Positions 30,672-40,009 of a stretch of DNA of 64,000 nucleotides are shown here, piece by piece; position 1 is the stretch's first letter; each line of letters begins with the position of its first letter. The translations under genes were made by a program, and so were the position numbers. The DNA comes from a virus: the IMG/VR virus record IMGVR_UViG_3300044615_000494. One strand, 5' to 3'. The notes under the pieces are model-generated. The model did not search any database. It was given only the letters and a program-made list of their open reading frames with translations, and had not been told where the DNA came from.

Positions 30672-32185
30672 CAATAAATACCGGACCTAAACTTGTAGAA
30701 AACGGTTTGTTGTTTACATATGATATGTACAACAATAGGTCTATGCTCGGCAGTCCTGGTACAAATATACTTCCTAGTCCTGGTACTAATGGTAGATTCA
30801 CTACAAGTAATGATTGGGGTACTTACAATACTAATCAGTATAACGGTGGCAACTTCTTTTCTATAGGTACTATAGCGAGTGTATCAAGTAATATCATCAC
30901 TACTTCAGGTAATCATCCTTTTAGGACATATGACGCAGTTCAACCACAGACATCAGGTGGCGGACTAACTGCTAATACAAATTATTTTGTTAAAAAAATA
31001 AATGATACACAATTCAGTCTACATCAATATAATAGTTCAGAAAACGGTAGTCAAGGTTATATCAATCCTAGCACAGGTAATTTTAAAGTTTATGATAGTA
31101 TCGCATTAGATCAAAGAATATCTGTTAATAGCACCAGTTTTCCTACGATGTGGTGGGGATATCCTCATTTGCCTAACACGTGTCATGTCAAAGAAATAGT
31201 TGAAGGTGGAGGATATGTGCCTGGCACAAACTGTATGCGCATACATGTTACAAGAACAGTAGGTGTAGACGGTGGCATGGCATATGGAGTATACACACCT
31301 GTCACTGCAGGTGATGTTATCGCCGTAAGTTTTTGGTTACGAACTCCTGATAGTAGGGGGTCAGGTGTTTCAATGACATATACGACATATTTCGGGGCCG
31401 CATCTGCTTTTAGTAGTTCAACCACACTAACAACATCGTGGCAAAAAGTTGTATACACATGGACAGCAAGCGCCACTTTTAATTTTTATCAATACTGGTT
31501 TCCACCTGCAGCGGCAACGCCGTATGATGTTGATATGGCCGATCTGCAAGTGCAAGTCAATAGTGGTGGCATAGCAAGCAATTGGATGTTAGGATCAAGA
31601 AGCACAACACAAGTACTAACTGATCTGACAGCAAACAATACTATCACGGCAAACGCATTGACTTATGCTAATGACAATACATTTAGTTTTGATGGGGTCA
31701 ATGATTATATCACAGCAAACTGGAACGGCGTCAACACATCAGGTGGTGGATATAACACAGTAAGCATGTGGATGTATTGGACCGGCGGCGCGGGTGGGTT
31801 CCCTATGGAGTTTGGTAGTGGATACAGATTATGGATGCCTAGTGGTAATCTTGGATTTAATAACGGCAACGGCGATTGTTATGGATTAGATTTTAATAGT
31901 TATGCTAATCAATGGGTTCATGTCGCCGCTGTGTTTTATAACGGAAATTATACTAATCAAAATAAGATTTATATAAACGGTGTATCACAATCATTGACAC
32001 AAAGAGTTGGTAGTGCAACAAGCGGAACAGCATCAGCAAGCGGTACTATAGGTGGATATGCTAGCAGTCCAACCAGTTATCCTTTCCCGGGTAAACTGAG
32101 TTATTTCACTGTACACAATCGTGAACTTACTGCTAATGAAGTATATCAAAATTTCATGGCACAAAGAGGCAAGTACGGGGTATAA
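30668..32185 (+). CDS. LamG protein with a large inserted domain (member 7)
   Basis: Family N-terminus and C-terminal LamG (FDGVNDY...QRGKYGV) flank about 300 aa of extra beta-rich sequence. Confidence 0.8.
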   Translation: MTINTGPKLVENGLLFTYDMYNNRSMLGSPGTNILPSPGTNGRFTTSNDWGTYNTNQYNGGNFFSIGTIASVSSNIITTSGNHPFRTYDAVQPQTSGGGLTANTNYFVKKINDTQFSLHQYNSSENGSQGYINPSTGNFKVYDSIALDQRISVNSTSFPTMWWGYPHLPNTCHVKEIVEGGGYVPGTNCMRIHVTRTVGVDGGMAYGVYTPVTAGDVIAVSFWLRTPDSRGSGVSMTYTTYFGAASAFSSSTTLTTSWQKVVYTWTASATFNFYQYWFPPAAATPYDVDMADLQVQVNSGGIASNWMLGSRSTTQVLTDLTANNTITANALTYANDNTFSFDGVNDYITANWNGVNTSGGGYNTVSMWMYWTGGAGGFPMEFGSGYRLWMPSGNLGFNNGNGDCYGLDFNSYANQWVHVAAVFYNGNYTNQNKIYINGVSQSLTQRVGSATSGTASASGTIGGYASSPTSYPFPGKLSYFTVHNRELTANEVYQNFMAQRGKYGV

Positions 32186-32186
32186 T

Positions 32187-32864
32187 ATGGCACTAGGACA
32201 TAATCCATCAATCATTACTAGTAATCTTTTATACTGCATTGATGCCGGTAATGCTAGGTCGTATCCCGGCACAGGCACAACTGTTTATGATGTGACGACT
32301 AGTGGTTATAACGGAACTCTTACTAACGGTCCTACATATACTAGCGGAACGAACGGATATTTTACTTTTGATAATGTTGATGACTACATCTCATTGCCTT
32401 TCGCACCACCTAGAACTAATCTACCTTTTAGTTTTTTTAGTTGGGTCTATTTAAATTCTACCCCAGGAGCAGGAATAACAAATGGTATATGGGGTCATTA
32501 TGGTGTCAGTGGAGTCAACTGTCATTTTGAAATATATACAACTTACACAAGAATACGATTAGGTGATATAAACAATAGTTCTCTTGCTGTATTTCCCGCA
32601 GGGGCTTGGACATATGCCGGCTTCACCACTACAGGAACAGAACATAAATATTATGTGAATGGTAGTTTGAGTGCTACTTGGAGTGGTGCGCAGGGCGCAG
32701 TATTAGGTAATCCAGGGGGAGACCCTATACAGATGATAGGTCGCTCTGATGCAGGGAGAACATGGAATGGTAGGATCTCTTACGCTACACTCTATCTTGC
32801 TACATTAACTGATAGTCAAATATTAACAAATTATAATGCGTTGCGTGGGAGATATGGCGTATGA
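32187..32864 (+). CDS. LamG/ConA-like protein (member 8)
   Basis: Starts MALGHNPSII at 32187. Ends RGRYGV. Confidence 0.85.
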   Translation: MALGHNPSIITSNLLYCIDAGNARSYPGTGTTVYDVTTSGYNGTLTNGPTYTSGTNGYFTFDNVDDYISLPFAPPRTNLPFSFFSWVYLNSTPGAGITNGIWGHYGVSGVNCHFEIYTTYTRIRLGDINNSSLAVFPAGAWTYAGFTTTGTEHKYYVNGSLSATWSGAQGAVLGNPGGDPIQMIGRSDAGRTWNGRISYATLYLATLTDSQILTNYNALRGRYGV

Positions 32865-33055
32865 CAGAATTAATAACTGATGTACTTGTTTGTCAAGAAG
32901 ATCAGCGCACAGCAAGAATAGCAATTTGTACAACATGCGAGATGTATGTGTATGATGAAACTGCTATGTATGGGCGTTGCACTATGAGCGATAATAAACC
33001 TGTGCCGGTATTAGGTACACTATTAAATGAGGTATGTCCACTTAATAAGTGGTAA
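32861..33055 (+). CDS. Small Cys-rich protein
   Basis: R..ICTTC...RC...CPLNKW pattern. Translationally coupled on both sides. Confidence 0.7.
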   Translation: MTELITDVLVCQEDQRTARIAICTTCEMYVYDETAMYGRCTMSDNKPVPVLGTLLNEVCPLNKW

Positions 33056-33063
33056 ATAATTAT

Positions 33064-33774
33064 ATGAGCATAGGCTATAATCCATCAATCGCAACATCAG
33101 GTATAAGATTTTATTATGATGCTGCCAACCCACGCAGTTATCCTGGATCAGGAACTACGTTAACAGATATAAGCGGTAATGGTTTTAATGGCAGTCTTAC
33201 TAATGGCGTAGGATATAGTAGTAGCAATTTAGGTTCATTAGTTATGGATGGTGTAGACGATATTATATATGCACCATCAGTCAATACTATAGGTGCTATC
33301 CCAAATCAAACATACGAGATATGGGTTAAGAGCCCGGGTTTAGGTTCAGGAAAATACGTAGGTGGATTGATATGTCCTGATTACGGACAAATATCATATA
33401 TAGGGCCTGGTGGATCGATAACATATTATATATATAATACTGATGCATGGCCCTCAGCATCTTATATTGTTAGTTTACAAACTACAGGCGTTAACTGTTT
33501 TGACAATCAATGGCATCATATAGTATGCACTAGAAATAGCACTGATGCATTAATTTATGTAGACAATGTAGTGAGAGCATCTGGTTCCGGCGGCGGATCT
33601 TGGTCTGGGGCAACTATCTGGAGTAGTATGGCAATTTCTATAGGTAATAATCCAAATGATGTTTATTACAATCTGTTAGGAAATATTGCAGTAGCAAAAA
33701 TATACAACACTTATTTTACAGCAGCGAATGTAAGTCAAAACTTTAATGCACTGCGCGGGAGATTTGGTATATGA
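33064..33774 (+). CDS. LamG/ConA-like protein (member 9)
   Basis: Starts MSIGYNPSIATSG at 33064. Confidence 0.85.
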   Translation: MSIGYNPSIATSGIRFYYDAANPRSYPGSGTTLTDISGNGFNGSLTNGVGYSSSNLGSLVMDGVDDIIYAPSVNTIGAIPNQTYEIWVKSPGLGSGKYVGGLICPDYGQISYIGPGGSITYYIYNTDAWPSASYIVSLQTTGVNCFDNQWHHIVCTRNSTDALIYVDNVVRASGSGGGSWSGATIWSSMAISIGNNPNDVYYNLLGNIAVAKIYNTYFTAANVSQNFNALRGRFGI

Positions 33775-35096
33775 GTGTAACAACAGGTCCTAATTTTGCA
33801 AGTACTAGCGGATTAGCATTAATGCTAGATGCTACCAATCCACAATCGATTGTAGGTAATCGTTCAATTATTAATTGGAATAACTGGACTACAGGTTCAG
33901 GCGGTGTTACTGGATATAATCAAAACGGTCAAACAGCAGAAAATGAAAGAGTAGTTGCAAGCAATCCTTGGGGAAACAATGCTGTAGTTTGGGAAGCAAG
34001 ACCATTGGCACAAACAAATGATGACGGTGGCTGGAATACAGACTCATTTAATATTGATAACACACAAATGTATCGTTATTCTGTATGGGTTCGCAGAACA
34101 TCAAGTACATCAGGTGGCACATTTTATTTCGGAATGTATGCTAATGGTGATGGCTCGCGCCGCATGGATAACAGTACAGTAGAAGGAAACGCCTACTGGG
34201 AATGTAGTGGTACAGGTTTACTAACACAGAATCAATGGTATTTGTGGGTAGGACATGTATACCCAGCAAATACAACTTACACAGGAAGAAATCCCAACAC
34301 CGGTTATTATACTACTAACGGTAGAGTAGGAGATATTAACGGTTGTAATATTGGCACCGGCGACTTAAAGTGGAGTTATAATTCTACAACGGGTGTACAT
34401 AGAACCTATTTGTATTATTGCGCAGATAACACCACAAGATTGCAATTCTATCAACCAAGAGTAGACTTATGTGACGGCACTGAACCTAGTATCGAAGAAT
34501 TACTACAGAATGCAGGCAATATTTGGTATGACATAAGTGGTAATAAAAACAACTGTACATTTTTAGATTTACCTTCTGCTAACACAGGTTACTATACATT
34601 TAACGGTACTAGTAATTATGGTAGCATTACAAATAATAGTACATTAAACTTTGCATCAGCACAAACATTACAGATAGTTATGCGTCACACGTATACAGTA
34701 GGTAGACGTAATCCATGGAATCAAGCATATGCCGGTTATGGTACATGGACTCATGAACAAGGCGAAAATATAAGTCAGTATTTCGGTAATGGTGGAGGAG
34801 ATAACACTCCATATATAGGTGTAACTAGTCCTAATACTCCTAGAAGTGTTTGGAATGTAATGTGTGCTACAAGAAGTACGAGCGAATTCAAATGGTTTAT
34901 CAATGGTAGTTTAAGTAGCACTACTGCTAATCCATATGGTACATTAGCAAACACAAGTGCTAATATATTGATAGGCAATGGATACGCAGGTTATTGGCAA
35001 GGTGATATGTCTATGGTTACTGCATATACTAGAGCCTTAACAGACAGTGAAGTAGCACAGAATTTTAATGCTATTCGCGGGAGATTTGGTATATGA
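33771..35096 (+). CDS. LamG protein with inserted domain (member 10)
   Basis: Family termini with a Trp-rich inserted domain of about 230 aa. Confidence 0.8.
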   Translation: MSVTTGPNFASTSGLALMLDATNPQSIVGNRSIINWNNWTTGSGGVTGYNQNGQTAENERVVASNPWGNNAVVWEARPLAQTNDDGGWNTDSFNIDNTQMYRYSVWVRRTSSTSGGTFYFGMYANGDGSRRMDNSTVEGNAYWECSGTGLLTQNQWYLWVGHVYPANTTYTGRNPNTGYYTTNGRVGDINGCNIGTGDLKWSYNSTTGVHRTYLYYCADNTTRLQFYQPRVDLCDGTEPSIEELLQNAGNIWYDISGNKNNCTFLDLPSANTGYYTFNGTSNYGSITNNSTLNFASAQTLQIVMRHTYTVGRRNPWNQAYAGYGTWTHEQGENISQYFGNGGGDNTPYIGVTSPNTPRSVWNVMCATRSTSEFKWFINGSLSSTTANPYGTLANTSANILIGNGYAGYWQGDMSMVTAYTRALTDSEVAQNFNAIRGRFGI

Positions 35097-35836
35097 GTGT
35101 CAATCTAGGACCAGACATTATAGAGACAGGCTTGATACTGTCTTATGATGCTATGAACCCACGAAGTTATCCGGGCTCTGGTTCTACATGGTATGATGTT
35201 AGTGGATTCGATAATCACGGGTCTATAAGCAATGGTGAATATAGCAATGGTTGGTTACAAAATAGTGGCAACGTAAGTAGTTTCTTTTATATTTCTACAG
35301 GTAATAGCAGTTCTTTGAACTCAGCGTTTAGTACAACAACTGGCGGCTGGACTATTGAAGAATCAGTATTGACTTACTCAACTAATTATCCAGAAGCAGA
35401 TGCAGGTACAGTTAGCAGCGGTGACGCATACTCGCCAGGTAATACAGGTTTTGACTGGCAGCATGGATATGGGGTCACACAATTTCAGATGGGTATGAGT
35501 AGCAATTCCGGTGGAGCATATGAAGATACCTGCCTATATACTGTACCAAGTCCTTACAATGCTTTTAATGTTTGGCGACTAAGGACTATGGTGTGGAATA
35601 GAGGTGCGAACACATTCGCGTTTTATATCAATGGTGGATTGGTGGGTTCTTCTAGTACACCTAACACATCAGGCACAAGCGTATATGATGGTGGTGGGGT
35701 GAGTTGGGGAACATTGTATGGTTGGAAGTTTTTTGGTAGACGCAGTACAATCAAAGTTTATAACGTTGCGTTGACCGCTGCACAAGTCAGCACGAATTGG
35801 AGTGCATGGCAAGGTAGATATGGGGTAAATGTATGA
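35093..35836 (+). CDS. LamG/ConA-like protein (member 11, divergent)
   Basis: GLILSYDAMNPRSYPGSG...VYNVALTAAQV...GRYGV. Confidence 0.8.
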   Translation: MSVNLGPDIIETGLILSYDAMNPRSYPGSGSTWYDVSGFDNHGSISNGEYSNGWLQNSGNVSSFFYISTGNSSSLNSAFSTTTGGWTIEESVLTYSTNYPEADAGTVSSGDAYSPGNTGFDWQHGYGVTQFQMGMSSNSGGAYEDTCLYTVPSPYNAFNVWRLRTMVWNRGANTFAFYINGGLVGSSSTPNTSGTSVYDGGGVSWGTLYGWKFFGRRSTIKVYNVALTAAQVSTNWSAWQGRYGVNV

Positions 35837-36585
35837 GTGTTTATGCAGGTCCAGATTATAGAAACTATAAAACGGCCAGTGAACTATTGTCCGCCTTTCC
35901 ACAACTAGCAGGTAGAGACAATTACTATATGTTGTATCCACAAGGCCCTAGCAGTAACGGCGTATTGACCTGGTGTGATATGACCACTGACGGCGGCGGC
36001 TGGATGATGATAGCACGTAGCCATCCTTCTACTATAAATTATGGCAGCACTAACTGGGGCTGGCGTGGTGGCGCGATAGGTGATGTTAAAGATTTTAGTC
36101 AAGCATATCAGTTAGGTTGGTTCACTTATTTTTATAATAATACTACATTCTCAAGTTTTATATTTGGCAACAGAGGAAACTATTACAACAATACTTGGGG
36201 ATATTTTATCTACAAAAGATTTGGATTTACATACAATGATTTGATGAATAGTGACACACAACAAGGGGCTTCAGCATCGACACTACAATCTAATACTAGT
36301 GTTTATGGTGACTCAGGTTTTCCGGGAATGCAAAGTGCTATAGGATTTGCCACTTCAGCCACTAGTAGTAACTTTTATTATATGCGTGATTGTTGCGGAT
36401 TCGCAGGTTACGGAGCCTATCCTACTTCAATGGTCACAACATATTGCGGAGCGAATTTCTATTATGCAGGCCCCTGGTGCGGTGGGTCATCTACAGATGG
36501 AAGCGGAAATTTCTTGGCAAATAGTTACGTGTCTAATGGATTGACATATGGCGGAACTAATCAATATATGATCATGGTGAAATAA
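35833..36585 (+). CDS. Fibrinogen-C/intelectin-like domain protein
   Basis: YYMLYP...TWCDMTTDGGGWMMIAR is the hallmark fibrinogen-related N-subdomain. Confidence 0.7.
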   Translation: MSVYAGPDYRNYKTASELLSAFPQLAGRDNYYMLYPQGPSSNGVLTWCDMTTDGGGWMMIARSHPSTINYGSTNWGWRGGAIGDVKDFSQAYQLGWFTYFYNNTTFSSFIFGNRGNYYNNTWGYFIYKRFGFTYNDLMNSDTQQGASASTLQSNTSVYGDSGFPGMQSAIGFATSATSSNFYYMRDCCGFAGYGAYPTSMVTTYCGANFYYAGPWCGGSSTDGSGNFLANSYVSNGLTYGGTNQYMIMVK

Positions 36586-36586
36586 T

Positions 36587-36847
36587 ATGCAATATAATCT
36601 TTATATAGAAACTACTCAAGGTATGAAGAACGCTATGGTTGATAGTCCCCATGTATTCGCTGGTGCGCCTTTTGGTTATGTTCCTTATCGTAAGTCAGGT
36701 TCATGCGAACTTGATCAGACAATAATCGATGATTTCTGGCGCTGTGTTGATATAGTGCTTGAACAAAATGAATTAACAGCAGATGATTTCATACGAGCAG
36801 TAAGAGCGTTTGGTAATAGCAATATGTACGGTGAGATAAACAATTGA
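36587..36847 (+). CDS. Hypothetical protein
   Basis: 86-aa ORF closing the lectin array. Confidence 0.6.
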   Translation: MQYNLYIETTQGMKNAMVDSPHVFAGAPFGYVPYRKSGSCELDQTIIDDFWRCVDIVLEQNELTADDFIRAVRAFGNSNMYGEINN

Positions 36848-36857
36848 TAAGTACAAT

Positions 36858-37298
36858 GTGACTAACATTTTCTTGTTCGATTACGAACTTAGACTTAAGA
36901 CCTGGGCTGAATTAAGGGATACTATAAAAGACTTGGATGTTGCCCAGCAGTGCATAGAGATAGATAGATTCTGGCAAAGAGCCCCAATCAGTAATTATTA
37001 TTTACATACTGATTATATAAAAGACTGGCCTGACCCGTGGCAACTACTAGCAGATAACAACTTTTGTTATTACGCTAGAGCATTGGGTATGATTTATACC
37101 TTTTTACTCACGGGCACCAAAAATCTTGAACTTGTCCTAGCAAAAGACGATAATAGCAATGAAGTGGTATTAGTCCTTGTCGATGACGCAAAATATGTGT
37201 TGAATTACTGGCCCGAGACAGTAGTAAATAATCACATCAGCGATTTTACGATAATTAAGACATTCGATATATCACCACTGACTGCTAAGATAGGTTAA
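36858..37298 (+). CDS. Hypothetical protein, possibly transglutaminase-like (BTLCP) fold
   Basis: WPDPWQLLADNNFCYYARALGMIYTFL resembles the W.xP.E....GDCEDYA..KY..L pattern. Confidence 0.55.
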   Translation: MTNIFLFDYELRLKTWAELRDTIKDLDVAQQCIEIDRFWQRAPISNYYLHTDYIKDWPDPWQLLADNNFCYYARALGMIYTFLLTGTKNLELVLAKDDNSNEVVLVLVDDAKYVLNYWPETVVNNHISDFTIIKTFDISPLTAKIG

Positions 37299-37300
37299 CA

Positions 37301-39613
37301 ATGAAAATAAATGTAATAAAAAGGTCTGGAAAGACAGAACCACTCGCCGTTGAAAAATGGCAACAACAAGTAGCAAAAGTATGTAATGGAATAGCAGACA
37401 TCTCTCAGTCCATGATTGAGATCAAAGCACAGCCCCACTTTTATGACGGTATAACCACAAGAACTATTGATGAGATCACTCTACGCGCCATAGTAGACCT
37501 TATCGATATCGAACATAATCCAGATGTAGGACATACTAATTATCAATATGTTGCTGGTAAGCAACGTCTTAGCATGTTACGTAAAGATGTCTATGGGCAG
37601 TATAATCCTCCACACTTGTTTCAGATAGTAAAAAAGAACATAGAGTCCGGACTCTATACCAGCGAATTACTTGATTGGTATAGTGAAGATGATTGGAATA
37701 AGATGGAAGAATTCATCGATCATGAGAAAGATGAACAATACAGTTATGCCGCTATTGAACAATTGATTGAGAAATATCTTGTACGCAACCGTGCTACAAA
37801 AGAGATTTATGAGACTCCCCAAGTTCGCTATATGGTCGCTGCCGCGACTGTGATGCACAAAGAAGATAAGAGTCAAAGACTAAAATATGTAAAGGAATAC
37901 TATAATGCTTCTAGTGATGGTTTGTTCACTCTTGCTACTCCTGTACTCGCTGGCCTCGGAACACCGACCAAACAGTTTAGTTCTTGCGTTCTTATCCGTA
38001 GTGATGATGACCTTGACAGCATTTTTGCATCAGGTGAGATGATGGCTAAGTATGCTAGCAAACGCGCTGGCATTGGCCTTGAGATAGGTAGATTGCGCCC
38101 ATTAGGTAGTCCTATACGCGGTGGCGAAGTTATGCACACGGGAATGATACCTTTCTTGAAGAAGTGGTTCGGAGATTTACGCAGTTGTTCACAAGGAGGT
38201 ATTAGAAATGCAAGTGCTACAGTATTTTATCCCATTTGGCATTATCAGTTTGATGATCTTATTGTTCTTAAGAACAATCAAGGAACCGAAGAAACCCGAG
38301 TCCGTCATATGGATTATGGGGTTGTGCTTAGTAGTTTCTTCTGGAGACGATTCAAAAACAGAGAAAACATAACATTTTTTGACCCCAACGAAGTTCCAGA
38401 CTTATACGAAGCATTCTATTCAGATTGCGCGAAGTTTGAAGAACTTTACGTCAAATATGAGAAACGTAAAGATTTACGCAAGAAAACCATGAATGCTGAA
38501 GATGTGTTCAAGGGTGGCATATTAAAAGAAAGAACTGACACGGGACGTATCTATTTGGTATTCATAGATAATGTCATGAACCAAGGGCCGTTCGACCCGG
38601 AATACCATACAATTTATCAAAGTAACCTTTGCTGTGAAATTCTGCTTCCTACTAAATCTTTTAAGCGTCTTGACGATCATAACGGTCGAATTGCACTTTG
38701 CACTCTGGGGTCCATTAACTGGGGCGCATTCAGAAACCCTGAAGATATGCGTAGAGCTTGCCGCGTTCTACAGCGTAGCCTATGCAACATACTGGACTAC
38801 CAAGATTTCTTAAGCATACAAAGTAAACTAAGCAATGATGAGATTCAACCATTAGGCATTGGTGTAACTAATCTAGCATACTGGCATGCCAAACGCGGAA
38901 TGCGATATGGTGAGAAAGATAGTTTGCAAGAAGTTAAGACTTGGATGGAACATCAGGCATTTTATCTCACAGAAGCAACAGTTGAACTTGCTAAAGAGCG
39001 CGGCAAGTGTGTAGATAGTGACAAGACACGTTATGGTCAAGGTAAGTTTCCATGGGAGTTACGTGCTAAAGGCGTGAATGAACTTGCTAATTTCACCCCT
39101 GAACTCGACTGGGAATCGTTGAGAAAGGAAATGAAACAACATGGGGTACGAAACGCAACACTTATGGCCATTGCTCCTGTTGAGTCTAGTTCTGTGGTTA
39201 TTAATAGTACTAATGGTATTGAGATGCCTATGTCACTTATCTCAGTTAAGGAGAGCAAGGCTGGATCTTTTACACAAGTTGTACCCGAATATCAAAAGTT
39301 AAAAAATAAATATGAGTTGATGTGGGAACAGAAAGATTGTTTAGGTTATATCAAGACCTCAGCAGTATTGGCAGCATACGTAGATCAAAGTATATCAACA
39401 AACACATTCTACAATCCCGCACATTTTACAGATCGCAAAGTTCCTACTACGTTGATAGCAAAGAATTTAATGCTGGCTCATCAATATGGATTGAAGACTT
39501 TCTATTACAGCCTCATCAATAAGGCTGGGTCTAGAGTTGTAGAAGAAAGCCATGAAGTTGTTAAACAAGAAGTATTTGAAGAAGATGGCGATTGCGAGTC
39601 TTGCAAACTTTAA
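37301..39613 (+). CDS. nrdA: Class Ia ribonucleotide reductase alpha subunit
   Basis: N-terminal ATP cone, FSSCVL, QSNLCCEI, APVESSS, DQSIS and C-terminal CESCKL. Confidence 0.97.
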   Translation: MKINVIKRSGKTEPLAVEKWQQQVAKVCNGIADISQSMIEIKAQPHFYDGITTRTIDEITLRAIVDLIDIEHNPDVGHTNYQYVAGKQRLSMLRKDVYGQYNPPHLFQIVKKNIESGLYTSELLDWYSEDDWNKMEEFIDHEKDEQYSYAAIEQLIEKYLVRNRATKEIYETPQVRYMVAAATVMHKEDKSQRLKYVKEYYNASSDGLFTLATPVLAGLGTPTKQFSSCVLIRSDDDLDSIFASGEMMAKYASKRAGIGLEIGRLRPLGSPIRGGEVMHTGMIPFLKKWFGDLRSCSQGGIRNASATVFYPIWHYQFDDLIVLKNNQGTEETRVRHMDYGVVLSSFFWRRFKNRENITFFDPNEVPDLYEAFYSDCAKFEELYVKYEKRKDLRKKTMNAEDVFKGGILKERTDTGRIYLVFIDNVMNQGPFDPEYHTIYQSNLCCEILLPTKSFKRLDDHNGRIALCTLGSINWGAFRNPEDMRRACRVLQRSLCNILDYQDFLSIQSKLSNDEIQPLGIGVTNLAYWHAKRGMRYGEKDSLQEVKTWMEHQAFYLTEATVELAKERGKCVDSDKTRYGQGKFPWELRAKGVNELANFTPELDWESLRKEMKQHGVRNATLMAIAPVESSSVVINSTNGIEMPMSLISVKESKAGSFTQVVPEYQKLKNKYELMWEQKDCLGYIKTSAVLAAYVDQSISTNTFYNPAHFTDRKVPTTLIAKNLMLAHQYGLKTFYYSLINKAGSRVVEESHEVVKQEVFEEDGDCESCKL

Positions 39614-39627
39614 GAAAGGATGATATA

Positions 39628-40008
39628 ATGGCTTATAGTTCACAAGTAGTAGATCATTATGAAAACCCAAGAAATGTGGGTAGTTTTGATAAATCCGATA
39701 CTGGTGTTGGTACTGGTATGGTTGGCGCACCTGCTTGCGGTGACGTTATGAAATTACAGATAAAGGTTGACAATGATACAGGTATTATTACAGACGCTAA
39801 ATTTAAAACGTACGGCTGCGGCTCGGCAATCGCGAGTTCCAGTCTTGTTACAGAGTGGGTCAAAGGAAAAACCCTTGACGAAGCCGGAGAAATTAAAAAT
39901 AGCCAAATTGCTGAGGAGTTAGCATTGCCTCCAGTCAAGATACATTGTAGCATTTTAGCCGAAGATGCTATCAAGGCAGCGATAGAAGATTACAAAAAGA
40001 AACACTAA
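39628..40008 (+). CDS. iscU: Fe-S cluster scaffold IscU
   Basis: HYENPRNVG, APACGD, YGCGSAIASSS and LPPVKIHC intact. ATG at 39628 with AAGGA SD. Confidence 0.95.
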   Translation: MAYSSQVVDHYENPRNVGSFDKSDTGVGTGMVGAPACGDVMKLQIKVDNDTGIITDAKFKTYGCGSAIASSSLVTEWVKGKTLDEAGEIKNSQIAEELALPPVKIHCSILAEDAIKAAIEDYKKKH

Positions 40009-40009
40009 T

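Noticed and set aside
26362-36585. Diversity-generating retroelement or shufflon acting on the lectin array
   Set aside because: No reverse transcriptase, no TR/VR pair differing only at adenines, and no invertase or inverted cassettes in the window. Cores are divergent throughout.
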